64,000 nt of DNA from an uncultured beta proteobacterium (GCA_963828715.1 CAWHFX010000017.1:59578-123577); one strand, 5' to 3'; shown: positions 30,335 through 40,240, counted from the stretch's first letter. Notes: a model not told the origin generated them from the letters alone. Made by a program: numbers and translations.

Positions 30335-30465
30335 GGGAGATCTGCGTCGTGAACGCTGGTCGAGGGGTAAGCGCAGAGTCTAAGCGAGCATTGCCGTTGC
30401 TTTCATCTCGCGCGCGCCCCAATCGCGGCCAGATGCGCTATCTGCCTGCCCGACATGCCCGGCGG

Positions 30466-30480
30466 CGGCATGGGCCTTGC
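30466..30480 (+). promoter_or_regulatory. Possible sigma-54 promoter
   Basis: CGGCAT-GGGCC-TTGC with GG-N10-GC spacing, 35 bp before the ATG at 30516. Confidence 0.45.
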
Positions 30481-30515
30481 CTAGATAAAGACAGGTTCGA
30501 CCCAAGGAGACAGCG

Positions 30516-30713
30516 ATGAGCACGAAAGACAAAGAGCACGGCGAAGGCAATTACAAGGCGACGCAGGACTATAACGAGCGCACCAAGCAGTTCATCGATT
30601 CGGGCAAGGTCGACGAGGCCGCCCAGAAATCCAAGCCTACGAACCCGCAGGAAGCGCGCGAGATGAAAGAAGCTGAAGAGGCTGGCAAGTCGCATTCGAA
30701 GGGCGAACACTGA
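30516..30713 (+). CDS. Small hydrophilic hypothetical protein
   Basis: AAGGAG RBS; GEGNY.A...Y.......SG.V..AA....P...E....AE..GK pattern. Confidence 0.8.
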   Translation: MSTKDKEHGEGNYKATQDYNERTKQFIDSGKVDEAAQKSKPTNPQEAREMKEAEEAGKSHSKGEH

Positions 30714-30733
30714 GGTTAGAACGACCCCGTTCC

Positions 30734-31010
30734 GGTGAGCGGTGCGCCTCGGAGAGGCTGTCGCCGTGAACGTAACGTTCGAACGTCGGTTAGCACTCTC
30801 GTCCGAGCGTACCGAGGCTTGTGGAGATGGGTGAGCGGCGCGACTGGGACAGTCTGTCGCTGCGAACGAAACTTTCCGGCGCAAGTTAGAACTCTCGTCC
30901 GAGTGTACGAGGGTCAGGGCGATGGAAAGCGCCGGCCGCTGGGACAGCGTGTCCGCCCCGAGCGTAACGTTCGAAGGTCGCTCAGCACTCTCGTCCGAGC
31001 GTAGGAGGCA
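30734..31010 (+). repeat. 95-bp element, tandem array of 3 units (starts 30734, 30830, ~30924)
   Basis: Each unit has a GCG(G/C)-hairpin, GA(A/G)CG..AC.TTC and T(T/C)AG(A/C)ACTCTCGTCCGAG.GTA core. Confidence 0.9.
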
Positions 31011-31130
31011 CGCGTCGAGGGACGCCGGCCGTCGGAAGCCAAATCGATCGCCGGTGGGTGCCTGCCGCGGTGCGCGGCACGGAACGACCTCTGACTCGAT
31101 CCGCAGTTGTTCTGACATACTCGCCGTCGT

Positions 31131-32204
31131 ATGCGAACCGGTTTTGCGCATCTGCCGCTGCACGGCGGAAAGGCACCTGCCTATCTTTTCCAGCGCATGG
31201 TGCCGCTCGCCCGCGAGATTGCGATTTACATCGCGACTGAGTTCGGCCCACTGGAGGTGTTGCGCCGACTCTCGGATCCGTTCTGGTTTCAGGCTTTCGG
31301 CTGTGTGCTGGGCTTCGACTGGCACTCGAGCGGTCTCACGACGACGGTTTGCGGAGCGCTCAAGGAAGGCATGCGCGGCACGGAACGTGAATTCGGCATT
31401 CATGTCGCGGGCGGGAAGGGCGCCACATCCCGCAGGACACCCGCAGAAATCACAACGGCGTGCGAGCGAATCGGGCGCGATCCCGGCGGGCTGGTGCATG
31501 CGAGCCGCATCTCCGCCAAGGTCGACAACTCGGCCGTACAGGATGGGTATCAGCTCTATCACCATACGTTCGTGTTCACCGATGCGGGTGAGTGGTGCAT
31601 CGTGCAGCAGGGCATGAGCGACGAAACCGCCATGGCGCGCCGTTATCACTGGCTCTCCGAAAGTGTCGCAAGCTATGTGAGCGAGCCGCACGCCGCAGTC
31701 TGCTGCGAGCGAACTGCGCCCACGCTCAACCTGGTGGCTTCCGAAAGTGAGCGGGTGAGAGCGGCGAGTGCGAACCTCGCGTCCCAGAGGCCCGAAGTCA
31801 CGCTCGATGCGTTCATGCATCTGCCGCTGCTCGATATGCCGCGGCGCCATCAGGTCAGTGCCGACGATATCGATCCGAGATACCTCCGGAAAATCCTCCT
31901 TCGTACCTACGAACGTGCGCCCACTGATTTCGAGTCGCTTCTCTCGATCGAAGGTGTGGGTGCGAAGACGCTCCGGGCACTTGCGATCACGTCCGAGCTG
32001 ATCTATGGCACGCCCGCCAGCCGGCGCGACCCGGCCCGCTATTCGTTCGCTCATGGCGGAAAGGACGGCACACCCTATCCCGTCGATCGCGTTACGTACG
32101 ACAAGACCATCGAGGTCATGCGCGATGCGTTGAACAGGGCACAGGTGGGTCGCAGCGAAAAGGTACAGGCGTTTCGAAGGCTCGCGTCGTTCGCGAGCGG
32201 TTGA
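31131..32204 (+). CDS. DUF763 domain protein
   Basis: LPLH.G.AP, RLSDPFWFQ.FG.V.G.DWHSSG.TT, KVDN.A.QDGY.LY.H, SFAHGGKDG.P.PV. Confidence 0.92.
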   Translation: MRTGFAHLPLHGGKAPAYLFQRMVPLAREIAIYIATEFGPLEVLRRLSDPFWFQAFGCVLGFDWHSSGLTTTVCGALKEGMRGTEREFGIHVAGGKGATSRRTPAEITTACERIGRDPGGLVHASRISAKVDNSAVQDGYQLYHHTFVFTDAGEWCIVQQGMSDETAMARRYHWLSESVASYVSEPHAAVCCERTAPTLNLVASESERVRAASANLASQRPEVTLDAFMHLPLLDMPRRHQVSADDIDPRYLRKILLRTYERAPTDFESLLSIEGVGAKTLRALAITSELIYGTPASRRDPARYSFAHGGKDGTPYPVDRVTYDKTIEVMRDALNRAQVGRSEKVQAFRRLASFASG

Positions 32205-32219
32205 GGGTGAGCCCTTCAG

Positions 32220-33200
32220 CTACTCGGACAGCTTGATACCCGCTTCGGAGATGATCTTCGCGAACTTCGCCGACTCACCGCGTATGAAGGTGCGAAACTG
32301 TTCGGGTGTATTCGGCGCCGGGTCGAACCCGAGGCTCACGAGCTTGGACGCGATGTCCGGTGACTTCATCACCTGAACGGCCGCGCCATTGAGGCGGCGC
32401 AGTATCCCTTCAGGCAGCCCCGCGGGGCCCAGAAAACCGAAGAAGTTCACCAGCTCGAATCCCGCGAGCGGCGGGTACTCGCCGACGGCGGGTACATCGG
32501 GCAGCGCGGCGACACGTTGAGCAGACGTGACCGCGATCGGGTGGATCTTCCCGCTGTCGATGAACGGCTTGGCTGCCCCGATACTGACATAGGTCATCGT
32601 GACTTCCTTCCCCGCGACCGCGGCAAGCTGCGGGGCGGCGCCCTTGTATGGAACGTGCCGGATGTCCACGCCCGCCATCTTGTTGAACAGCTCTCCAGTC
32701 AACTGCTGTGGGTTGCCGACGCCGCTCGACGAGAACGTGAGCTTGCCGGGCGTCGCCTTCGCGTGCTTGATCAGCTCGGCCACCGTTTTCGCCGGCACGT
32801 CCGCATTCACCGCGAGGACGTTCGCAACTTTCACCAGAAGCGTGATCGGCTGCAGCTCGCGGTCCCAGTCGTACGCGATCTTCGGATAGAGATGCGGATT
32901 GAGTGCGATCTCGCCGGAGGCGACGAGCACCGTGTAGCCGTCGGGCTTCGCCTTCGCCACGAGCTCGGTCCCGATCATTCCGCTTGCACCGGTCCGATTG
33001 TCCACGACGACCGGCTGGCCGAGCATCTTCTGCAACTGTTCCCCGAGCACTCTCGCGGTGAGATCGGTGCCGCCGCCGGCAGGGAAAGGACAGACGATGC
33101 GGATCTGCTGCGTGGGATACTGTTGCTCGGCGGCGTTGGCGCCGAATGGGAACAGGCACCCCGCGGTGAGCAGGGCGAGTGCGGCAGTCGCTCGTTGCAT
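32220..33200 (-). CDS. Bug/TctC substrate-binding protein
   Basis: PFPAGGGTD, DNR.GA.G.IG, PDGYT, HVPYKG. Confidence 0.93.
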   Translation of the reverse strand: MQRATAALALLTAGCLFPFGANAAEQQYPTQQIRIVCPFPAGGGTDLTARVLGEQLQKMLGQPVVVDNRTGASGMIGTELVAKAKPDGYTVLVASGEIALNPHLYPKIAYDWDRELQPITLLVKVANVLAVNADVPAKTVAELIKHAKATPGKLTFSSSGVGNPQQLTGELFNKMAGVDIRHVPYKGAAPQLAAVAGKEVTMTYVSIGAAKPFIDSGKIHPIAVTSAQRVAALPDVPAVGEYPPLAGFELVNFFGFLGPAGLPEGILRRLNGAAVQVMKSPDIASKLVSLGFDPAPNTPEQFRTFIRGESAKFAKIISEAGIKLSE

Positions 33201-33252
33201 GCGTCTTCCTCCTGAAGCTACCCCTTACCCCACCGCTCTCCCCGATTCGGGT

Positions 33253-33315
33253 CTCGTCACTCCTCACTCGCCGCTCGTCACCGATCACGAGGCACGATCC
33301 ACGATCTACCAGCCA
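33253..33315. repeat. Degenerate heptamer tandem repeat (9 units)
   Basis: CTCGTCA CTCCTCA CTCGCCG CTCGTCA CCGATCA CGAGGCA CGATCCA CGATCTA CCAGCCA. Confidence 0.7.
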
Positions 33316-33324
33316 CTGTTCTCG

Positions 33325-34314
33325 TCAGTCGAGCTTGAGCCCGATCGCCTGCACGACTTTGGCGAAGCGTGCGACCTCGTTCTTGAAGAACGCACCGAGC
33401 GCTTCCGGCGTATCACCGGTCGGCACCGCGCCCGCTCCCAGCAGGCGCTGCTTCACGTCGGGCGCATCGAGCGCCTTCAGCGCTTCTGCATTCACCCGCG
33501 CGATCAGCTCCCGCGGCGTCCCGGCCGGCGCGAAGAGTGCGTTCCACAGCGACATCTCGTAACCCGGCAGCCCCGATTCCGCGATCGTCGGAATATCCGG
33601 CGCAACCGGCGAACGTTCTTTGGTCGCGACGGCGAGCGCTCTCACGCGGCCGTCCTTCGCGAGCGGCAGGCCGACGAGGATGCCGGAGAAGTACATGGAC
33701 ACCTGTCCGGTCACCGTGTCCTGGGCGGCCTGGGCGCCGCCTTTATAAGGCACATGCACGATGTCGATGCCTGCCGCGACCTTGAACAACTCGCCCGCCA
33801 GATGATCCGCGTTGCCGGGGCCCGCGGAAGAAAAGTTGAGCGCGCCCGGCTTCGCTTTCGCGAGTGCGATGAGGTCTTTCACGGACTTCACCGGCAGCGA
33901 CGGATGAACGATCAGGAGATGGGTGGAGTCGGCGAGGCGTGCGACGGGCGCAAGATCGCGCAATGCGTTATACGCGAGGCGGGTGTATGCGCTTGCGCTG
34001 ATCGCGAGTCCAGGATTGACGCACACGGTCGTATAGCCATCCGGCGGCGCCTTGGCTGCAAGCTCGGCCGCAATGTTCGCACCCGCGCCCGGGCGATTGT
34101 CGATGACCACGGGCCTGCCGAGGTTCTCCGACATTTTCTGCGCGACTATTCTCGCGATCACGTCGGTCGTTCCGCCGGGCGTGAAGCCGACCAGCAGGCG
34201 AATCGGCCGGCTGGGAAAAGCCTGAGCCGAAGCGGCCGGTGCACCTTGCGCGAGCGCTTCGCCGCATGCACAGACCATGAACATCGAGCACAGGAACCGT
34301 GCAGTCGCTTTCAT
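33325..34314 (-). CDS. Bug/TctC substrate-binding protein
   Basis: FPSRPIRLLVGF.PGG.TD, DNRPGAG, HVPYKGG. Confidence 0.93.
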   Translation of the reverse strand: MKATARFLCSMFMVCACGEALAQGAPAASAQAFPSRPIRLLVGFTPGGTTDVIARIVAQKMSENLGRPVVIDNRPGAGANIAAELAAKAPPDGYTTVCVNPGLAISASAYTRLAYNALRDLAPVARLADSTHLLIVHPSLPVKSVKDLIALAKAKPGALNFSSAGPGNADHLAGELFKVAAGIDIVHVPYKGGAQAAQDTVTGQVSMYFSGILVGLPLAKDGRVRALAVATKERSPVAPDIPTIAESGLPGYEMSLWNALFAPAGTPRELIARVNAEALKALDAPDVKQRLLGAGAVPTGDTPEALGAFFKNEVARFAKVVQAIGLKLD

Positions 34315-34429
34315 CCGTCCTCCCGGCCGTTCATCTGCCACCCTGGCAAGCGTGTGCCATCGCTCGTCCTCTCAGCGGGAATGGCCGTCCTTCCTATAAT
34401 AGGACATTCAACGCAGGAATTTCGTCCAC

Positions 34430-35449
34430 ATGATTCGTAGTTTCATAGAGCGCTCGCGCGGCGCGGCAGACCTTTCGTCTGCAAACCGTGCCGTCGTCGC
34501 CGGGATGCTCGCGGCTGCGGTCTTCTGTGCGAGAGACAGTGGCGCCCAGTCCTATCCGACGCGGCCCGTTCGCGTGATTCACGGCTATGCGGTCGGCTCC
34601 GCGATCGACGTCTACTCCCGGCCGCTCGCACAGAAGCTGTCCGAAGCGCTCGGGTATCAATTCGTCGTTGATGCGCGGCCGGGCGCGACGGGAACGATCG
34701 GCAGCGAGATCGTAGTGAAGTCGCCTCCGGACGGCTACACGCTGCTCGCCGCGCCGTCCTCCGCGCTCGGCAGCACGCCGCACATGCAGAAGCTCTCGTA
34801 CGACACGCTGAAAGATTTCGCACCGATCGCGCAGATCAACCAGTTCTACAGCGTGATCGTGGTGCATCCCGCAGTGCCGGCCAAGACCGCGGCCGACCTC
34901 ATCGCCCTTGCGAAGGCCCGTCCCGGCTTTCTGACGTACGCCTCGACCGGCGTCGGCAGCGGCTTCCATCTCAACATGGAGAGCTTCTGCCAGATGGCGG
35001 CCATCAAGATGCTGCACGTGCCCTACCGGGGCGGCGGCTCCACGGCGCTACCCGATCTGCTGGCCGGGCGTGTCGACGCCATGCTCGACAATATCGGCGT
35101 CGTGAAGCCGAACATCGATTCCGGCAAGCTGCGGCCGCTCGGCGTGACCGGATTGAAGCGGGTCGCCGCGCTGCCGAACGTGCCGACGATCTCGGAAAGC
35201 GGTTTACCCGGCTACGAATCCATGGGCTGGCATGGCTGGCTCGCGCCGGCCGCCACACCGAAACAGATCGTCGCACAACTGAACGCGGCCATTCGCAAGG
35301 CGCTCGCGCAGCCGGACATTCGGGCCATCTGGGAATCGAATGGCATTGAGGTGGTCGACACCACGCCCGAACAGTTCGCCGCGCGCATTCGCGAGGACTA
35401 CGAGCGTTACGGCAAGCTCGTGCGCAGCCTGGGTCTTGCCGTGAAGTAA
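34430..35449 (+). CDS. Bug/TctC substrate-binding protein
   Basis: YPTRPVRVI, RPGA.G.IG, PDGYTLL, HVPYRGGG; TATAAT at 34395-34400 upstream. Confidence 0.9.
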   Translation: MIRSFIERSRGAADLSSANRAVVAGMLAAAVFCARDSGAQSYPTRPVRVIHGYAVGSAIDVYSRPLAQKLSEALGYQFVVDARPGATGTIGSEIVVKSPPDGYTLLAAPSSALGSTPHMQKLSYDTLKDFAPIAQINQFYSVIVVHPAVPAKTAADLIALAKARPGFLTYASTGVGSGFHLNMESFCQMAAIKMLHVPYRGGGSTALPDLLAGRVDAMLDNIGVVKPNIDSGKLRPLGVTGLKRVAALPNVPTISESGLPGYESMGWHGWLAPAATPKQIVAQLNAAIRKALAQPDIRAIWESNGIEVVDTTPEQFAARIREDYERYGKLVRSLGLAVK

Positions 35450-35506
35450 ACGCAGTCGTTCTTTTCCCGGCGCCCGGAGCGCCGCGTTCAACACAGGAGA
35501 AGTCGG

Positions 35507-36733
35507 ATGATCCGCAACTTGCGCACGCAGCGCGACGACCAGCAATGGATGCTCGATCTCGCGCTCAACATGCGCGGACGAGTGCAGAACTTCGAAGGTG
35601 ACGCGACCGAGCTCCCGCCCGGCAAGCGCGCGCGCAACTATCGGATGATTCCCAAGGTCTGGCGCCAGGAGGCCGAGCGCCATGAAGCGCTCGCAAAGCG
35701 GGCGCACGCGCGTGGGGCACGCGCGACCGCGACTGCGCATTACGATCACGCGATCGAAGCCTATCGCATGGCGCAGCATCCGATCTTCTACGACGACCAC
35801 CCGGTGAAGCAGTATCTGTGCGGCAAGATGGCCGAGATGGTGGAGCGGCGCGCGGAAGTGGCTCCCTATCCGATCGAGCGCGTCGAGGTGCCGTTCGACG
35901 ATGGCAAGACGATCTCGTGTCTCTTTCATCTGCTGCCGGATCGGCGCACGGCGCCGGTCGTGATCTATGTTCCGGGGATGGATCAGACGAAGGAGGCGTT
36001 CCCGCTGGCTACTCACAATGTCGGTCTGGATCGCGGCTTCCACGTGCTAGCGATGGACGGGCCGGGACAGGGCAGTTCGAACCTGCAGAAGATTCGAGCG
36101 GTCAAGGACAACTACGAGCGGGCGGGCGCAGCCGTCGTGTCGTATCTCGAGAAGCGCCCGGAAGTGGACAAGACAAAGATTGCAGCCTACGGCAGCAGCA
36201 TGGGTAGCTACTGGTCGCTCCGGCTGGCGAGTTATGACCGCCGGATCGCTGCCGTCGCGAGCGCCGTAGCCTGTTTCAATCCGAACAACACGATCTTCAC
36301 GCAGTGCTCGCCGCGCTTCAAGCAGATGTTCATGTACATGGCAGGTTACGAGGACGAGGCACGCTTCGACGTGGAAGTCGCGCGCGACATGACCGTGCGT
36401 GGTCATCTATCGGGCATCAAATGCCCGACTCTGCTATCGACCGGGGAGTTCGATCCGCTGTGTCCGCTGGAAGACACCATCGAGGCGTATGAGGAATTGA
36501 CCGCGCCGAAGGAGCTGTGGGTTTTCGAGAACCAGTATCACCAGCAGCGCCGGTTGTCGAACCTCGGAGGCCTCGATAATTACGAATACATCTTCGACTG
36601 GCTGGGGCAGGTGTTCGAGCAGGGTTTGCCCGCGCAGCACCGGCGCATCGCCTACATACGGGAAAACGGCGACGGCCCGTGGGGTGAATGCGAATGGACG
36701 CCGACGGTGAGAGGCGGGGCCGCGTACTTCTGA
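35507..36733 (+). CDS. Alpha/beta hydrolase (FrsA / 2,6-dihydroxypseudooxynicotine hydrolase-like)
   Basis: IERVEVPF, PG.D..KE, DGPGQG, G.SMG nucleophile elbow, GE.D. Confidence 0.85.
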   Translation: MIRNLRTQRDDQQWMLDLALNMRGRVQNFEGDATELPPGKRARNYRMIPKVWRQEAERHEALAKRAHARGARATATAHYDHAIEAYRMAQHPIFYDDHPVKQYLCGKMAEMVERRAEVAPYPIERVEVPFDDGKTISCLFHLLPDRRTAPVVIYVPGMDQTKEAFPLATHNVGLDRGFHVLAMDGPGQGSSNLQKIRAVKDNYERAGAAVVSYLEKRPEVDKTKIAAYGSSMGSYWSLRLASYDRRIAAVASAVACFNPNNTIFTQCSPRFKQMFMYMAGYEDEARFDVEVARDMTVRGHLSGIKCPTLLSTGEFDPLCPLEDTIEAYEELTAPKELWVFENQYHQQRRLSNLGGLDNYEYIFDWLGQVFEQGLPAQHRRIAYIRENGDGPWGECEWTPTVRGGAAYF

Positions 36734-36749
36734 ACGTCAGTCCGCTGTT

Positions 36750-36870
36750 CCCCTCACCCCAACCCTCTCCCCAACTTGGGGCGAGGGCGGGTTTGAGCGC
36801 GGCGCGCGGCAGTAGAGCGCGTCTACGCAATTCCCTCTCCTCGAATCGGGATGAGGGCAGGGTGAGGGGG
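36750..36870. repeat. Inverted pair of CCCTCACCC-type palindromes (REPIN-like) between convergent genes
   Basis: 36750-36787 and an inverted copy at 36833-36870. Confidence 0.8.
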
Positions 36871-36871
36871 C

Positions 36872-37945
36872 TTACTTGGCCTTCGCCCGATTCTTCGCAA
36901 CCCACTCGTCGACCAGCGCGACCGTCTTGTCGACTTCCGCGTTCTGCATGCCTTTCGCTTTCGCGATGGTCTGCACGAGCCGATCGACACGCTCGATGTT
37001 GGGCGCACCGTTCGCGAGCGCGCGGGCGGCTGACGACGGGCTCTGCAGCGACAGTGCAGCCTGAGCGTACTTATCGAACGGCACCAGATCCTTCACGTCC
37101 GCGCCGAGCTTCCTGCACAGTTCGACCACCCAGTCGTAGACCGAACGCGACGTTTCCTTGTCCGTGTGCACCGCATCCTTGATCGTGCGCATGCCGTCCT
37201 TCTGTACGCAACGATAGTTGCCCGCGAGCAGCATGCTCCACTTCGCGAGCGGCACGAACACCGATTCGTGTACCTTGAGCTTTACCGGAAGCTCGATGCG
37301 AGTTCCGTCGCCGGCATCGAAACGCGCCGCTTCGATTCCGTCCTGAAGGTCGCGCAGAATGGCCGTGTGCGCGTCCGCATCGAAGCGCGCCGATTTGAAG
37401 TTCGTCGGCAGTCGTACCTGCAGAACGTTGACCTTGTCTTCGGGCGGTCGGAACGCCTGCGGGTCCGGACTGCACAGTGTCATATACTTCGGATCGAAGC
37501 TGTCCCAGACCGTGGGATCCGTGTAGGCGGGCCTGCACGCGTCGAGCGGAATGGCGGGGATGCGCGCGAGATACGGCAGCGGCGGCATGTTCATGATGGA
37601 CATGCACGGAACCCGTGCCTTCGCGACCGCGTCGAGCAACTCGCGCACGCCGGGCGAGCGATACTGCGGCTCCTGCATGGCGAGAACGACGAGATCGTAA
37701 TCCTTGGGATCGACCCCTTGCGTGCCGCCGGCGGAGAGCTTGCCCGGGAGCTTGCGCGTGTCGATTTCGACGAGACCTTCGCGACCTTTCACGGGCATCC
37801 GGATGCGTGCGCCTTCTTGGTTGATGAGGTCGGCTTCGGCAGGCAGGCAGATCAGCTTCACGGTGCTGCCCGCGGCGAGCAGTTTGGCGCCCAGCAGCGA
37901 GCCGTAGGACGCGCCCATGATCAGAATCTTGTAAGAGGCGGGCAT
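36872..37945 (-). CDS. Ketopantoate-reductase-like hypothetical protein
   Basis: Rossmann-like KILIMGASYGSLLG; DLVVLAMQEPQY; helical C-domain. Confidence 0.65.
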   Translation of the reverse strand: MPASYKILIMGASYGSLLGAKLLAAGSTVKLICLPAEADLINQEGARIRMPVKGREGLVEIDTRKLPGKLSAGGTQGVDPKDYDLVVLAMQEPQYRSPGVRELLDAVAKARVPCMSIMNMPPLPYLARIPAIPLDACRPAYTDPTVWDSFDPKYMTLCSPDPQAFRPPEDKVNVLQVRLPTNFKSARFDADAHTAILRDLQDGIEAARFDAGDGTRIELPVKLKVHESVFVPLAKWSMLLAGNYRCVQKDGMRTIKDAVHTDKETSRSVYDWVVELCRKLGADVKDLVPFDKYAQAALSLQSPSSAARALANGAPNIERVDRLVQTIAKAKGMQNAEVDKTVALVDEWVAKNRAKAK

Positions 37946-38054
37946 GTATATCTCCGGAATTGAAAGCGTATAGGCTGAATGGTACCGCACTTTGAGGCGC
38001 CGCTTGTGAATCGCGGCAGATCGTTTCGCATGGCGAAATGAGCGCAAGCCGCTG

Positions 38055-39296
38055 ATGCCGCGTCTCTCCGGTCAGCGGCTCGTTCTTGCCGTCTGCGGCG
38101 CGCAGGTGATGGTTCAGATCGGCGCGTTCTTCTGGCCTGCGCTGCTGCCGCGGCTCGCCCCGCTCTGGCAGCTTTCGAATGCCGAAGCCGGCTGGATCAC
38201 GGCCGCTTTCTATGGCGCGTACATGTTGTCCGTACCGGTGCTGGTTACGCTCACCGATCGCGTCGACGTGAAGCGCGTCTATCTGTTCGGCGTTGCCTGC
38301 ACGGTGGCAGGTCATCTCGTTTTCGCGCTCGCTGCACACGGCTTCTGGTCGGCGCTCCTCACGCGCGCACTGGCCGGGATAGGCTGGGCCGGAACCTACA
38401 TGACGGGCGTCAAGCTGCTCGCCGATCAGGTCGATGCGAAGCTCATGTCGCGTGCGGTCACGGGCCATGCTGCGAGCATCGGCATCTCCGGCGCGCTGTC
38501 GTTCGCATGCGCCGAGCTGCTGGCCGATCACTTCGGCTGGCCATCGGCGTTCATCGTGGCGTCGGCGAGTGCGCTGGTAGCCTGGCTCGTCGTCGCGCTG
38601 GGTGCGCCTCCACGCAAACCGGCGGCTGCGGCCTCGGACGGCGGCGGACTGTTCGATTTTCGCGTGGTGCTGCGCAACCGGTCGGCGATGGCCTACGCGC
38701 AGGCGTATTGCGTTCACACGCTCGAAATGAATGCGCTGCGCGGCTGGGGTGTTGCGTTCCTCGGCTACGTCGCTGCGAGCACGGGGGCAGCCGACGCGTT
38801 GCTCTCACCGAGTTTCGTGCTGACGGCACTCGGACTGGTCGGCACCGCTGCCAGCGTACTCGGGAACGAAGCCGCGATACGGCTCGGCCGCAAGCGGCTC
38901 GTGTCTGCCGCCCTCCTTGGATCCATCGTCGTGGCGGCGAGCATCGGCAGCGTGGGAACGATTTCATATTCGCTGGCCGTCGCACTGCTCATGGTCTACG
39001 GCTTCGTCGTATGGCTGGATTCCTCGTCGCTCACGGCCGGTGCGGCGGGCACTGCGGAACCGTCCCGGCGCGGCGCGACGCTCGCGGTGCACTCGACGCT
39101 TGGCTATGCGGGCGGTTTCATCGGTCCGCTCATGATCGGCTACACGCTCGATTTCGCCGGCGGCATGTCGCGCGCCGGCTGGAGCATGGCGTTCCTGCTC
39201 ATCGCGATTCTGAGCGTCCTTGCGCTTGCGGCGTTCTGGATCATGCGTCCACGGGAGCTGGCGGGCGACCGCGCGACGGAGTCGGCGCGGAACTGA
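38055..39296 (+). CDS. MFS transporter
   Basis: About 12 TM segments; LTDR.D.KR, RLGR.R. Confidence 0.88.
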   Translation: MPRLSGQRLVLAVCGAQVMVQIGAFFWPALLPRLAPLWQLSNAEAGWITAAFYGAYMLSVPVLVTLTDRVDVKRVYLFGVACTVAGHLVFALAAHGFWSALLTRALAGIGWAGTYMTGVKLLADQVDAKLMSRAVTGHAASIGISGALSFACAELLADHFGWPSAFIVASASALVAWLVVALGAPPRKPAAAASDGGGLFDFRVVLRNRSAMAYAQAYCVHTLEMNALRGWGVAFLGYVAASTGAADALLSPSFVLTALGLVGTAASVLGNEAAIRLGRKRLVSAALLGSIVVAASIGSVGTISYSLAVALLMVYGFVVWLDSSSLTAGAAGTAEPSRRGATLAVHSTLGYAGGFIGPLMIGYTLDFAGGMSRAGWSMAFLLIAILSVLALAAFWIMRPRELAGDRATESARN

Positions 39297-39494
39297 AGAC
39301 ACCTTACCTTTGTCGCGACGAGGTGCGTGCATCGACACGCGAGTGCTCAGCATGAAAGGTTCCTCCCTGCTCGGAACCGACCGCGGCGCGCCGGTTCCGC
39401 CCGGCGGTTCTATTGGGCCGCCGACTGTGCCAAGATTGCGCTCCTGCCGCTCCGCGTGTCTGTGGGAGCGCCATCAGAAACGGGAGAGGACCCA

Positions 39495-40217
39495 ATGACG
39501 ACCAAAGACATCCGCATCAAATCGAGCTCGGGTGGAGGAGAGTTCGACTGCTACATCGCCCTGCCCGACGGAAACGCGAAAGTGCCTGCGATCGTGCTGG
39601 CGTCGGCCGTGCACGGCGTCGACAAAGACATTCGCGACATCGCCGACGAATTCGCAGCGCAGGGCTATATCGCTGCGGCGCCGGATCTCTTCTGGCGCAC
39701 GGTGCCGGGCCCGCTCGGCCGCGACGACGAACGCACCCGGAGCCGTTCGCAGCCGCGGCTCCAGCGCATAAAGGAGGGTGAAACAGACTTGACCGATACG
39801 CTGGCCGAACTGCGCAAGGAACCGCGCTTCAACGGCCGTGCGGCGACGATGGGCTTCTGCTACGGTGGACCGTACGCGATCCTCGGCCCGAAGCGGCTCG
39901 GCTTCGAAGGCGGCGTCTCGTGCCACGGCACGCAGCTCATTGACTACATCAAGGACCTCGAGGGCGTGACGGCGCCCGTATGCATCATCTGGGGTGACCA
40001 GGACCATGCAGCGCCGCCGCCGGTGCAGGAGGCCTACCGCGAAGTGCCGAAGCGCATGAAGAACGTCGAGGTCGATATCTTCCCCGGCATTCAGCATGGC
40101 TACATGATGCCCGGCAGCGCGAAGGCATTCGACCGCAAGACCCGCGAGTTCTCGATGGGACGCGCGCTCGCGATACTCAACGGGTTGCGTGGGGAATCGT
40201 TGCGGAAGGCGTCCTGA
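39495..40217 (+). CDS. Dienelactone hydrolase family protein
   Basis: APDLFWR, GFCYGG, G..D, HGY. Confidence 0.92.
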   Translation: MTTKDIRIKSSSGGGEFDCYIALPDGNAKVPAIVLASAVHGVDKDIRDIADEFAAQGYIAAAPDLFWRTVPGPLGRDDERTRSRSQPRLQRIKEGETDLTDTLAELRKEPRFNGRAATMGFCYGGPYAILGPKRLGFEGGVSCHGTQLIDYIKDLEGVTAPVCIIWGDQDHAAPPPVQEAYREVPKRMKNVEVDIFPGIQHGYMMPGSAKAFDRKTREFSMGRALAILNGLRGESLRKAS

Positions 40218-40240
40218 CGCGGGCAGCGGGGCACGCAGCC

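Noticed and set aside
30734-31010. CRISPR interpretation of the 95-bp arrays (also 53566-53822)
   Set aside because: The would-be spacers are homologous hairpins, the units are dispersed as singletons, and no cas genes are present.
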